From Sphingomonas sp. (GTDB taxonomy: Bacteria > Pseudomonadota > Alphaproteobacteria > Sphingomonadales > Sphingomonadaceae): a DNA stretch of 64,000 nucleotides. The notes beneath the pieces are model-generated. The model saw nothing but the letters and a program-made list of their open reading frames with translations. It did not search any database and was not told the DNA's origin. The stretch is taken from assembly GCF_003248515.1 (NCBI RefSeq), contig NZ_QFOB01000002.1, forward strand, positions 417,064 to 481,063. Reading direction: 5' to 3'. Of the stretch, positions 36,929-46,595 are shown in pieces (the stretch's first letter is position 1; each line of letters begins with the position of its first letter). The position numbers were made by a program, and so were the translations under genes.

Positions 36929-37933
36929 ATGAGGATGAAGGATCGATCGATCGGACCTGGACGGCGGGAGGTGGTCGCGGCGGGCCTGGCATGGGCCGGA
37001 GCGGCGATGGCGGATGCGCGCATTGCTGCATCGCGCGAGCCGCTGTTCGACAGTCATGCGCATCTCGTTTCCCCCGATACGATACGCTATCCGCAGGTAC
37101 CCGCCGATGCACCCGGCGCGACCGCGAACCTGCCCGGCATGGGCTTTCGCCAGTTCGGCACGGCGCGGCCAGTGCCCGGGGCGGAAGCAATGGCCGGCTG
37201 GATGAAGCAGAAAGGGGTGGACGGGCTGGCGGCCATCCAGAAGCGTGGCGCCTATGGTCTCGACAATCGCTATATCCTCGATAGCGCGGCGCATTACCCG
37301 CATCTCTTCTTCCCCGTCGTGATCCTTGATGCGCAGGACGATGCTACACCTGGCACGGTGCGCGATCTGGCGGCGCGCGGCCTGGCCGGAGTGAGGCTCA
37401 CCGGCGTGATGGCGTCGGACGGAGGCTTTCCCTGGCTGGCATCCGATCGCGCGCTGCGGCTGTGGGACACCGCCGCGAAAACGGGCCTCGTCATGGAGAT
37501 CATGACCAATCCCTTCGGCCATCCGGTGGAGGCGCTCCCGGTCTATGTCGATCTCGCCCTTCGCTTTCCCGGCGTCCCGATCGTGATCGATCACCTGAAC
37601 TGGCCGGATGCGCACGGCGCGCCGGATTTCGGTCTCGATGCGCCGCTACGCGCGCTCGCCGCCCGGCCGAACATCTTCTTCAAGTTCACGACGATCAACA
37701 TGGACAAGCTGCAGGATGCGGGTATCTCGTCCGCCGCATTCCTGGCGCATGCGGTCGGGCTGTTCGGTGCCGGGCGCATCCTGTGGGGCTCCGACATGGG
37801 CAATACCCCCGGCTCCTATGCCGAGCTTATCGGCCGGGCGCGGGCGTCGGCAGGCCATCTGCCCATGGCGGCCCGCCGCGCCGTCTTCCACGATAATGGC
37901 CGCCGGCTCTTCACCCGCCGTGCCGGGGTGTGA
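36929..37933 (+). CDS. Amidohydrolase-family protein with Tat-like leader
   Basis: GRREVVAAGLAWAG, FDSHAH, VIDHLNWP and LWGSDMG. Confidence 0.78.
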   Translation: MRMKDRSIGPGRREVVAAGLAWAGAAMADARIAASREPLFDSHAHLVSPDTIRYPQVPADAPGATANLPGMGFRQFGTARPVPGAEAMAGWMKQKGVDGLAAIQKRGAYGLDNRYILDSAAHYPHLFFPVVILDAQDDATPGTVRDLAARGLAGVRLTGVMASDGGFPWLASDRALRLWDTAAKTGLVMEIMTNPFGHPVEALPVYVDLALRFPGVPIVIDHLNWPDAHGAPDFGLDAPLRALAARPNIFFKFTTINMDKLQDAGISSAAFLAHAVGLFGAGRILWGSDMGNTPGSYAELIGRARASAGHLPMAARRAVFHDNGRRLFTRRAGV

Positions 37934-38059
37934 TGGCGGGGCAACAGTGCGGCTAAAGCGTCGGGCGCACACTGGAAGCGGATCGCGCGCGGAGTATGAT
38001 CGCGCGGATAATCGGATAATGGGCACCCGTCGGAGAGGCGGGGCCAGCTGGAGCACAGG

Positions 38060-39031
38060 GTGACGTTGGATCTCGAACGATGGAAACTGTTCCTCCTCGT
38101 CAGCGAGATGGGGAGCCTTTCGAAGGCGGCGACGGTTCTCAATCGGCCGCAGCCGGTGATCAGCCGGCACATCAATTCGCTTGAAACCGAATGCGGCTGC
38201 CATCTCTTCTATCGTACCGGCAGGGGCGTGGTGCTGAGCGAGGTCGGCCAGGCGATCCAGCCGCGCGTGCAGGCGATGATCGCCGAATTCGATCAGATCA
38301 TGCGGGATATAAAGGGGCAGGCTGGGGTTCCGGTCGGGCGCGTCAGCGTCGGCCTGCTGCCTTCGATCCGCATCGCTACCGAACTGGTGCATGCCGCGAC
38401 GACCCAGTTTCCGGGGATCGACCTGCATCTGACCGAGGCTTCGGGCGGCCAGCTTGCCGAACAGGTCGCGGTCGGGCGCATCGATCTGGCGCTCGTTCTG
38501 CGCGAACAGGGCGCGCTGCTCTCGACCGAGGAGGCTTTGCTAACGCTGCCCATGTGCGTGGTGGGGTCGGCAGGCGATCCCGTCACGAGCCGGCGGAGCG
38601 TCGCACTGTCCGAATTGTCCGCACTTCCGCTGATCATGGCCAAGCCTCCCAACGCGGTGCGGATGCTCGTCGAGCAGACGGCGCGGCGGGCGGAAGTGCC
38701 GCTCCGCTTCGCGACACAGGTCGATCCTCCGGCCACGCAGCGCCAGCTCGTCGCAGCGGGCTTCGGCTATTCGATCACGACGCGCATGTCCGTTCGCGAT
38801 GATGTGGCGGCTGGCCTGCTCAGCGCCGCTGCGATCTCCGATCCGCCGATGGATATGGTGCTGGTGCTCGTTCGCTCCAATCAGCGCCCGGCGACGCTGG
38901 CGATCCGCAAGATAGCGCGACTGCTGTCCGATCTCATCCGGCACTTGCCCGAGCGACATGCCGGGGACGAGATGCCCGCTTATCTGCCGGTCGAGCCATC
39001 GACCGGGAATTCGAAGGCGACGCCGGAATAG
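38060..39031 (+). CDS. LysR-family transcriptional regulator (paralogue of 17901-18872)
   Basis: LDLERWKLFLL...GSLSKAATVLNRPQPVISRHINSLE...LFYRTGRG. Confidence 0.9.
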   Translation: MTLDLERWKLFLLVSEMGSLSKAATVLNRPQPVISRHINSLETECGCHLFYRTGRGVVLSEVGQAIQPRVQAMIAEFDQIMRDIKGQAGVPVGRVSVGLLPSIRIATELVHAATTQFPGIDLHLTEASGGQLAEQVAVGRIDLALVLREQGALLSTEEALLTLPMCVVGSAGDPVTSRRSVALSELSALPLIMAKPPNAVRMLVEQTARRAEVPLRFATQVDPPATQRQLVAAGFGYSITTRMSVRDDVAAGLLSAAAISDPPMDMVLVLVRSNQRPATLAIRKIARLLSDLIRHLPERHAGDEMPAYLPVEPSTGNSKATPE

Positions 39032-39582
39032 GGCGTCCGCGCGACGTTCATCACCATCGCAAGCAAGGCATAATAGCCGCAAAGGCCGACCAGTTCGATC
39101 GTGCCGCTTTCGCCCAGAATCGCCACCGTGCGGGTATGGAGATCGTCATCGATGCGGCGATCGGCATCCAGCGCGGTGCAGAAGTCGAGGATCAGCCGTT
39201 CGTCGGCCGGCATGTCCGGTGCGGCGCGGCCGTCGCGCAGCGCCGCCAGCGTCGCCTGCGCTACGCCGGCCCGGGCCGCAAGCGGCGCATGCGCCCGCCA
39301 TTCATAAGGCTGGCTCCACAGGCGCGCGATCACGCAGATCGCGAATTCCCGCAGGCGCTCCTCCACGCCGCAGCGATAGCGGAGGAACTCGCCCAGCTTC
39401 TGGGTCCTGTCCAGGAGATCCGGGCTGCGTAGCAGCGGCACGAACGGCCCCCGGACCTCGCCGCGCGGTGTGGCGATCAGGGCCGCGGCGGCGGCGCGCA
39501 TCGCATCGTCCCAGTCGGCCGGGTCCGTCGGTGGAAAGCGATCAGCTCCCTCGACGGGGTTCAGGGCAGGAAAGTTCACCAC
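38980..39582 (-). CDS. Carboxymuconolactone decarboxylase (CMD/AhpD)-family protein
   Basis: GPFVPLLRSP, LGEFLRY, REFAICVIAR...QPYEWRAH and ELVGLCGYYALLAMVMN. The start is uncertain (GTG 39582). Confidence 0.8.
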   Translation of the reverse strand: MVNFPALNPVEGADRFPPTDPADWDDAMRAAAAALIATPRGEVRGPFVPLLRSPDLLDRTQKLGEFLRYRCGVEERLREFAICVIARLWSQPYEWRAHAPLAARAGVAQATLAALRDGRAAPDMPADERLILDFCTALDADRRIDDDLHTRTVAILGESGTIELVGLCGYYALLAMVMNVARTPYSGVAFEFPVDGSTGR

Positions 39583-39593
39583 AAAAGCTCCGA

Positions 39594-39613
39594 AATTCGC
39601 GTTAGCGTCAATA
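39594..39613. promoter_or_regulatory. 20-bp region-wide operator candidate at the TetR's own divergent promoter
   Basis: AATTCGCGTTAGCGTCAATA; it overlaps a minus-strand TTGACG. Confidence 0.45.
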
Positions 39614-39680
39614 GTGTTGCAGCTTCGCCTGCCGCGCGGCAAATGGCGGGCAGAGCGAGCAATGTTTTGGGGGACTTACG

Positions 39681-40382
39681 TTGGCAAAAGCGAGCCGGAC
39701 GCCAGGGCGGCCGCGCAGCGGTGGTGAAGGCGAGGGCAATGCCGTCGGCAAGGATGCGTTGATCGACGCGACGATCGATCTGCTGCGGACGACGCCGCCG
39801 AGCGCGATCACGCCGATCGCCGTCGCCCGGGCGACCGGGGTGCATCCGTCGCTGATCCGCTATTATTTCAAGAATCGCGCGCGCCTGCTGGTGGCAGCCG
39901 CGGAACGGATGATGTCGCGTCTGAGCGCGCGCGTCGAGCAGGCGGCGGCCGATTCTGATGGAAGCCCGCGCAGCCGTCTCTTCGCTCGCATCGCTGCGAT
40001 CATCGAACTGAACGACAGTTTCCCAAACTTTCATCAGCTCATGGTCAACGAAATGGGAGAATCCTCCGATCCGGCGGCGCGCGCCCTGATTTCGCAGGCA
40101 ACGTTCAACGGCACCACCGCTTATGGGCGCATCCTCAGCGCCGGTGTCGCTGACGGCACCTTCCGTGATCTCGATCCGGCGATGCTCTACACCGTCATTG
40201 TCGGCATGGCCGAATTCCTGCCTGCCGCGCGGCACCAACTGGAAATCGCGCGCGGACGCCCGATCGACAAGGAAGAGCTTCGCGCGAGCTACACCGATTT
40301 CGTGTGCGATCTCATCATGCACGGTATTTCCGCGTCCGCATCTCAGCGGAGCGGGCGGAAGACGCCGCGCCCCGCCGCCTGA
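39681..40382 (+). CDS. TetR/AcrR-family transcriptional regulator
   Basis: PGRPR, ALIDATIDLL, VARATGVHPSLIRYYFKNR HTH and GVADGTFRDLDP. Confidence 0.88.
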   Translation: MAKASRTPGRPRSGGEGEGNAVGKDALIDATIDLLRTTPPSAITPIAVARATGVHPSLIRYYFKNRARLLVAAAERMMSRLSARVEQAAADSDGSPRSRLFARIAAIIELNDSFPNFHQLMVNEMGESSDPAARALISQATFNGTTAYGRILSAGVADGTFRDLDPAMLYTVIVGMAEFLPAARHQLEIARGRPIDKEELRASYTDFVCDLIMHGISASASQRSGRKTPRPAA

Positions 40383-40888
40383 AACCACGCGCCCTTCTCC
40401 AACTCTGCACGCCAGGCCGTCGATCGCGCGAAGGCGCGTTCCGGCGAATCCATGACGGAGACATCCCGCAGATCGTGAAAAGCCATGCTCGTCCAGCGCG
40501 GCCCGCCATCGTGCGACAAGACGCGATAGCGACGCGCGCGCAGCCAGCCATCCGCCTTCATCAGCAGTCCGATATGTTCTTCGTCATACCAGCGATCGAC
40601 TTCGGCGGTCATATCGGGCGGAACGTTGAAGGCGACGAGCATCAGCGCGCCAGGCGCTTCGGTCGCGGCTCCTGTATCGCTGACCTGTTCGAGCACATAG
40701 GTCGCCGCCCCGGGCGACGCCAGGTGATGGCCGGCGACCTCCCCATCACATGAGAAGATTGCCACCTCGGCCGGCGGCACGGCGGAAACGAGCCGCCGCC
40801 CGCCGCCCTGGTCCCGCATCAGCGCTTGGATGTCGCCATTCTCGGCATCGCTGCCCAGCGGAAGGCGGGAGAAGAGGGCGTCAATCAT
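40343..40888 (-). CDS. Hypothetical dimeric alpha+beta barrel (EthD/DUF4286-like) protein
   Basis: VDRWYDEEHIGLLMKADGWLRARRY pattern; it overlaps the 3' end of the FAH gene. Confidence 0.6.
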   Translation of the reverse strand: MIDALFSRLPLGSDAENGDIQALMRDQGGGRRLVSAVPPAEVAIFSCDGEVAGHHLASPGAATYVLEQVSDTGAATEAPGALMLVAFNVPPDMTAEVDRWYDEEHIGLLMKADGWLRARRYRVLSHDGGPRWTSMAFHDLRDVSVMDSPERAFARSTAWRAELEKGAWFQAAGRGVFRPLR

Positions 40889-41843
40889 GGTCGGGCACGA
40901 CCGAGGGCGTCAAAACCGCATCGGGGCGATGGCGACGGACCGCATCGTGATGGGTGGAGCCTTCGCCCATATAGACGCCGCGCTCCCATTCGCGTTTCAG
41001 CGGATCACGGACCTTCACCTCCATCTCGCCGATGCCGTGGATCTGGATCTTCAGCGTCTCGCCGTCCTGGATGAAGCCCAGCCCCTCATGATTGGTGCCG
41101 CAGGCGACGACGTCGCCCGAATTCATCGTCATGATCGTGGTGATCCATTCGACGATCTCGGGCACGCGATGCTCCATATCGTCGGTCATGTAGTTGTGGC
41201 GTAACTGGCCGTCGTTCCAGAACTGGACCCACAGATCGTTGGGTTCCTCTATCTCGTCGGCGGTGACGATGCAGGGGCCGATCGGCGCGAACGTATCGAA
41301 GCTCTTGCCCATCCAGCTGTTGTTGCGCCACGTCCGCCGCCCGCTCTCGCGGGCGGTGACGTCGATCAGGCAGGTGTAGCCGAAAATGGCCTTGCGCCAG
41401 TCGGCCTGGGAAACCTTCTTGGCGGGGCCCCTGAACACCAGCGCCAGCTCGGCTTCGTGCATGAAGGCATAGGGTTCGGTGAAGTCGGGAAGCTCCACCG
41501 TGTCGCCCGGGCCGATCACCGCATCCGGATTCTTCATGAACATGTTGAGAGGCCGCGCTTCCCGCTGGGCATGCTCCCAGTAATTGGCGAGGCAGTTCAC
41601 GATTTTGCCCGGGCGGGGCAGGGGCGCGAGCAGGCGCACGCTTTCCAGCGGGAGGACGACGGCACTCGAGGCAAGCGCCTCGAGCGGAGCCTTGAGTGTG
41701 TCATAGGCATCGATCAGGCCGATCATCGTAAGCTGCGGCGTATGGCCGTCGGGCACCAAGGACGAGGCGTCGATAACGCCCGCATCGGTCAGGATTCCGG
41801 CATGCGGGGTCCCGCCCGCGACGGTGAACAGCACGAACTTCAC
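40881..41843 (-). CDS. Fumarylacetoacetate hydrolase-family protein
   Basis: PGKIVNCLANYWEH, HEAELAL, IDVTARE, GKSFDTFAPIGP and GDVVACGT; RBS GGGGAGGA. Confidence 0.9.
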   Translation of the reverse strand: MKFVLFTVAGGTPHAGILTDAGVIDASSLVPDGHTPQLTMIGLIDAYDTLKAPLEALASSAVVLPLESVRLLAPLPRPGKIVNCLANYWEHAQREARPLNMFMKNPDAVIGPGDTVELPDFTEPYAFMHEAELALVFRGPAKKVSQADWRKAIFGYTCLIDVTARESGRRTWRNNSWMGKSFDTFAPIGPCIVTADEIEEPNDLWVQFWNDGQLRHNYMTDDMEHRVPEIVEWITTIMTMNSGDVVACGTNHEGLGFIQDGETLKIQIHGIGEMEVKVRDPLKREWERGVYMGEGSTHHDAVRRHRPDAVLTPSVVPDHD

Positions 41844-41952
41844 GCAATCCTCCCCATGTCTGGCGGCGGACTTTAGGCCGCGTCGCGCCCCGCCACCTCC
41901 CCCGTGGAATGCATAAGAGAATTACCAATTCCGCCGGGGCCGTTTCGTTGAC

Positions 41953-41972
41953 AATTATCGGAGGCGCTAATA
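41953..41972. promoter_or_regulatory. 20-bp region-wide operator candidate, immediately after a TTGACA -35
   Basis: AATTATCGGAGGCGCTAATA (reverse complement TATTAGCGCCTCCGATAATT); TTGACA at 41948. Confidence 0.65.
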
Positions 41973-42020
41973 TCCGCCGGACAACGCCGGTCCCAAGACC
42001 GTTTTTTCCGGAGAGAGATA

Positions 42021-43472
42021 ATGGCCGAGGCGCCCAGCTATCGCAGTGTGCAGCTTCTGATCGACGGGGTCTGGGCCGATGCGACGGAAGGCCGCACGCT
42101 GCCGGTAGTCAATCCCGCGACCGGCCAGCCGATCGGGACCGTGGCCCATGCTGCTATCGCCGATCTCGATCGGGCGCTGACGGCCGCCGAGAAGGGGCTG
42201 GCGGAATGGCGCCGGGTGCCGCCGCTCGGCCGCGCCAGAGTGCTGAACGGGGCCGCCCGTCTGCTGCGCGAGCGTGCCGAGGATATCGCCACCCAGATGG
42301 TGCTGGAGCAGGGCAAGATGATCGGCGAGGCGCGCGGCGAAGTCGAACGCGCGGCCGAGGCGTGCGACTGGATGGCTGGCGAGACACAGCGTATCTATGG
42401 CCGCACCATTGCGGGGCGCGCGCCCAACATCACGAATCTGGTGCTGCGCGAGCCGGTGGGCGTGGTCGCGGCATTCACGCCGTGGAATTTCCCGGTCAAC
42501 CAGATCGTCCGAAAGGTAGCCGGTGCGCTCGCGGCGGGCTGCGCGCTGGTCGTGAAGGGGCCGGAGGAGGCGCCGGGCTCCTGTGCCGAGCTGGTTCGTG
42601 CTTTCGTCGATGCGGGCGCACCCGCCGGCTCGGTCAACCTGGTCTACGGCACTCCATCGGAAATCTCGGAATATCTCGTCCCGCATCCCATTGTGCGGAA
42701 GATCAGCTTCACCGGCTCTACGATCGTGGGCAAGCATCTCGCCTCTCTGGCCGGCAAGAATATGAAGCTCACCACGATGGAGCTTGGCGGCCATGCGCCG
42801 GTGCTGGTGTTCGACGATACCGATCCGGTTGCGGCGGCCAGGGCACTGGCGGGCAACAAGTTCCGCAACGCCGGCCAGAGCTGCATCAATCCCACCCGCT
42901 TTCTGATCGAGGGCGACAGTTTCGAGCCGTTCGCGGAGGCGTTCGTGGAGGCTGCCTCCGCGCTCAGGCCCGGGGCGGGGCTCGATCCCGCCACCACCAC
43001 CGGCCCGCTTGCCAATATCCGCCGGGTCGAGGCGATGGAGCGTTTCACCGCCGATGCGCTGGCCAAGGGGGCCACGCTGCGCACGGGCGGCCGCCGCATC
43101 GGCAATCAGGGCTTTTTCTTCGAGCCGACCGTGTTCACGGATGTGCCTCTGGACGCGCAACTCATGAATGAGGAGCCCTTCGGCCCGATCGCGATGATCA
43201 ATCGCTTCGACAGCCGCGAGGCCGCCTATCGCGAGGCCAATCGTCTCCCCTACGGTCTTTCCGCTTATGCCTTCACCACCTCCTCGCAGACGGCAAGGGA
43301 GGTGATGGAAAAGGTGGAGAGCGCGATGATCTCCTTCAACCATTTCGGCCTCGGCCATCCGGAAACGCCCTTCGGAGGCATGAAGGATTCGGGCTATGGC
43401 TTCGAGGGCGGATCGGAGGCGATCGAACCCTATCTCCAGACTCGTTTCATGACGATGGCCGACCTGATCTGA
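42021..43472 (+). CDS. Aldehyde dehydrogenase (alpha-ketoglutaric/succinic semialdehyde dehydrogenase-like)
   Basis: AAFTPWNFPVNQ, FTGST, MELGGHAP, KFRNAGQSC, EEPFGP and PFGGMKDSGYG. Confidence 0.9.
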   Translation: MAEAPSYRSVQLLIDGVWADATEGRTLPVVNPATGQPIGTVAHAAIADLDRALTAAEKGLAEWRRVPPLGRARVLNGAARLLRERAEDIATQMVLEQGKMIGEARGEVERAAEACDWMAGETQRIYGRTIAGRAPNITNLVLREPVGVVAAFTPWNFPVNQIVRKVAGALAAGCALVVKGPEEAPGSCAELVRAFVDAGAPAGSVNLVYGTPSEISEYLVPHPIVRKISFTGSTIVGKHLASLAGKNMKLTTMELGGHAPVLVFDDTDPVAAARALAGNKFRNAGQSCINPTRFLIEGDSFEPFAEAFVEAASALRPGAGLDPATTTGPLANIRRVEAMERFTADALAKGATLRTGGRRIGNQGFFFEPTVFTDVPLDAQLMNEEPFGPIAMINRFDSREAAYREANRLPYGLSAYAFTTSSQTAREVMEKVESAMISFNHFGLGHPETPFGGMKDSGYGFEGGSEAIEPYLQTRFMTMADLI

Positions 43473-43498
43473 AGCGGCACGGGAAGGGAGGCATCGAT

Positions 43499-44272
43499 AT
43501 GGCGGGGCGGCTGCAGAGCAAGATCGCGCTGGTGACCGGCATAGGCGCGGGCATCGGCCAGGGCATCGGCCTGATGTTCGCGCGCGAGGGCGCGACGGTG
43601 ATCGGCTGCGACATTTCCGAACAATGGGCGGAGGCGGCCGTTGCCACGGCACAGGCCGAAGGGCTGGATTTCGAGAGCGTCCATCCGATCGACCTCACGA
43701 AGCCGGCGGATGTTCAGCGCTATATCGACTACGCGGGCCGCAAGCACGGCCGGATCGACATACTCGTCAACGCCGCCGCCATCCCGCCGCACATGAAGCC
43801 CGTCGCCGAGCTGGACTATGACGCGGAATGGGTACCGACGATGGTGGGCGAGGTTGATCTCGTCTTCCTCGCGGTGAAGGCGGCCTGGCCCTGGATGGTC
43901 GGGCATGGCGGCGGATCGATCATCAATTTCGCCAGCGTCAATGCGTTTCGCGGATCGACCAACACCGGTATGGTCGCGCATTGTGCGGGCAAGGCCGCCG
44001 TGCTGGCGATGAGCCGCCAGATCGCGATCGAGGGCGGCCCGCACGGCATACGCTGCAACACGATCTCGCCCGGCATGGTGAAGACCCCCTCGACGCAAGG
44101 TGCCGGCACCAGCACGGGTGCGATCGCGGATCGCATCCTCCAGCGCTTGCAGATCAAGCGCCTGGGCGAGCCCGAGGATATCGCCTACGGGGCGCTCTAC
44201 CTCGCCTCCGATGAATCCACCTGGGTCACCGGCGCCAACTTCCCGATCGACGGCGGCGTGCTGGCGGGCTGA
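43499..44272 (+). CDS. SDR-family oxidoreductase with HxxxK in place of YxxxK
   Basis: TGIGAGIG, ILVNAA, INFASV, AHCAGK and WVTGANFPIDGG. Confidence 0.88.
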   Translation: MAGRLQSKIALVTGIGAGIGQGIGLMFAREGATVIGCDISEQWAEAAVATAQAEGLDFESVHPIDLTKPADVQRYIDYAGRKHGRIDILVNAAAIPPHMKPVAELDYDAEWVPTMVGEVDLVFLAVKAAWPWMVGHGGGSIINFASVNAFRGSTNTGMVAHCAGKAAVLAMSRQIAIEGGPHGIRCNTISPGMVKTPSTQGAGTSTGAIADRILQRLQIKRLGEPEDIAYGALYLASDESTWVTGANFPIDGGVLAG

Positions 44273-44274
44273 TC

Positions 44275-45144
44275 GTGGCGCTTCCTTCCCTGCCGCCGCC
44301 GCATCCCGCGCCCCATGCACCGACGCGCCTTTCGGTGCCGGCTGGTGCCTGCGACGCGCATTGCCATATCTTCGGGCCGGTCGCGCGCTTCCCTTATGTC
44401 CAGCCCCGGCCTTACGAGCCCGCCGAATTGCCGCTGGAACGGTATCGCGCGATGGCGGATCGGCTCGGGCTGGAACGGGCCGTGTTCGTGCAACCGGTCG
44501 TCTACGGCACCGATCATGCGGCGATCGTCGATGCGCTGGAGCGGGAACCGGGGCGCTATGGCGGCGTGGGCCTCGTCAACGACAGTCTGGACGATGCGGC
44601 GCTGGAGAGGATGCATGTCGCGGGCTTTCGCGGCGCGCGCTTCAATTTCGTCGGTCGGCTCGGCATCTTCCCCGCGCCGGACGAGATCCGCCGCACCTAT
44701 GATCGGGTGAAGCGCTATGGCTGGCACCTCGTCTTTCATTTCGACGACCAGTCTTTCCTCGCGCGATCGGATTTTCTGGCGAGCCTGCCCTGCGCCTATG
44801 TGATCGATCACATGGCGCGGCCAAATGCGGCGCTCGGCACGGATCAGCCGGGCTTCGCGAAGCTGCTGGAATTGGCCGCGACACCCCGGTGCCACGTCAA
44901 GATATCGGCGGCCGATCGCGTCGTCGGTGCCGAACGGCTCGAGGACGGCGTGCGTTTCATGCGCGCGCTCGCCGATGCCGCGCCGGAGCGCACGCTCTGG
45001 GGCACGGACTGGCCGCATCCCAATACGCCGATCATGCCCGACGATGGCGATCTGATCGATCTGCTTGCCATCGCGGTTCCGGATGTGGGGACGCGTGAGG
45101 CGATCCTCGTCGCTAATCCGGCGCGACTTTACGATTTCGAATAA
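44275..45144 (+). CDS. Amidohydrolase-family lactonase (LigI/2-pyrone-4,6-dicarboxylate hydrolase-like)
   Basis: GACDAHCHIFGP, VQPVVYGTDH, VIDHMARP and LWGTDWPHPN. Confidence 0.82.
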   Translation: MALPSLPPPHPAPHAPTRLSVPAGACDAHCHIFGPVARFPYVQPRPYEPAELPLERYRAMADRLGLERAVFVQPVVYGTDHAAIVDALEREPGRYGGVGLVNDSLDDAALERMHVAGFRGARFNFVGRLGIFPAPDEIRRTYDRVKRYGWHLVFHFDDQSFLARSDFLASLPCAYVIDHMARPNAALGTDQPGFAKLLELAATPRCHVKISAADRVVGAERLEDGVRFMRALADAAPERTLWGTDWPHPNTPIMPDDGDLIDLLAIAVPDVGTREAILVANPARLYDFE

Positions 45145-45164
45145 AGACAGAGGGGAGACCGACC

Positions 45165-45725
45165 TTGCCCAGACCAGCCCGCCGGATCGTGACCGGCCAT
45201 GATGCCTCCGGCAGGTCGATCATCCTGTCTGATGGCACGCCCCCCAACATTCGTGATCGCGGCACCGGCGTCGATTTCTTCGAGATCTGGAACACGCCAA
45301 CCGTGCCGGCTACGATTACCGCGGAGGAGCCGGAGCCGACCGACGGTCCGCTCGTCACGCCGCCGCCGCCGGGTGGCACCAAGTTCCGCTTCAACGATTT
45401 CTATCCTGGCCACATCGACAAGCTGCCGCCGCGCGCGGACGGCCGCCACAAGATGATGCACCGCACCACGTCGATCGATTACGGCCTGGTGCTGGATGGC
45501 GAGATCTACATGATCCTCGACGACAGCGAAGTCCTGCTCACGCCGGGCACGGTCGTCGTCCAGCGCGGCACCGATCATGCGTGGGAAAATCGATCGGACA
45601 AGGTGTGCCGCATGGCCTTCATCCTGGTCTCGGGCGATTTCGCGCCGGAACTGCGCGAAATCCTTCCCGAAAATCTGGAGCTTCGCACCGGCGCGGTCTT
45701 CAACGAGCCGATCCCCGGCAACTGA
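45165..45725 (+). CDS. Cupin-domain protein
   Basis: RRIVTGHDASGRS, MHRTTSIDYGLVLDGEI and VVQRGTDHAWENRS. Confidence 0.85.
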   Translation: MPRPARRIVTGHDASGRSIILSDGTPPNIRDRGTGVDFFEIWNTPTVPATITAEEPEPTDGPLVTPPPPGGTKFRFNDFYPGHIDKLPPRADGRHKMMHRTTSIDYGLVLDGEIYMILDDSEVLLTPGTVVVQRGTDHAWENRSDKVCRMAFILVSGDFAPELREILPENLELRTGAVFNEPIPGN

Positions 45726-45745
45726 TCCCCAAAGGAATTCTACCG

Positions 45746-46585
45746 ATGTCCTTCCCGCGCGAGCCCGGAAAATATTATCGGATGCCCGTTTTCTTCGGGC
45801 CGAACCCCTGTCCGCGCTGGACGCCCGAAGGCGTGCCGCAGGATTTCGCGCGGGAGCCGGTGCGCAGCACGCTCGGCACCCGCTACCTGAGCGACAAGGC
45901 GGCGATCGAGGCCGTCCTGCCCGAGGGCTTCTCCATATGGGGCGATCCGGTCGTGACGGTCGAGGCGATCTACATGACGGGTTTCTCCTGGCTCGCCGGC
46001 GGCGGCTACAACATGTTCGACGTCAAGATTCCCGCAATCTATGCATCGAAAACGGAGGGTGACGTGCCCGGCACATTGCTGATGGCGCGCTGGGAAAGCC
46101 TGTCCGATCCGATCACCACCGGCCGTGAGGAACTGGGACACAACAAGCTCTTCTGCGACATTCCCGAGATCAGCGATTTCAACGGCCGCCGGCATGCCAG
46201 CATGAGCTGGCGCGGCTTCCCGTTCGCCAAGCTCTGGGCCGAGGATCTCATCGAAACGCCGGCGCCCAAGGGCAATCCTGACAATCGAGGCCTGCTCTCC
46301 TGGAAATATATTCCGGCGACGCCGCGCCCCGGCAAGAAATGGGGCGAGGAGGCGGACGCCAACTATGCCACGCTGACGCCGCCCGCCTGGAGCGGGGTGA
46401 AGACGACCCGTTACCTTTCGGGCAGGGGCGGCGTCGAATGGGCGCGGCCGACCTTCGAACAATTGCCGACCCAACATACGATCGTGAACGGCTTCGCCTC
46501 CTTCCCGATCCTGGAATCGCGCGGCGCCTATCTGTTCGACATGGTCGGCGGGGCATCGGGCGACGACACCTATCGCCTCGATTGA
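45746..46585 (+). CDS. Acetoacetate decarboxylase-like superfamily protein
   Basis: YRMPVFFGP, WLAGGGY and WESLSDPITTGREELGHNKLF; RBS AAGGA. Confidence 0.75.
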   Translation: MSFPREPGKYYRMPVFFGPNPCPRWTPEGVPQDFAREPVRSTLGTRYLSDKAAIEAVLPEGFSIWGDPVVTVEAIYMTGFSWLAGGGYNMFDVKIPAIYASKTEGDVPGTLLMARWESLSDPITTGREELGHNKLFCDIPEISDFNGRRHASMSWRGFPFAKLWAEDLIETPAPKGNPDNRGLLSWKYIPATPRPGKKWGEEADANYATLTPPAWSGVKTTRYLSGRGGVEWARPTFEQLPTQHTIVNGFASFPILESRGAYLFDMVGGASGDDTYRLD

Positions 46586-46595
46586 GGGCAAGGCG

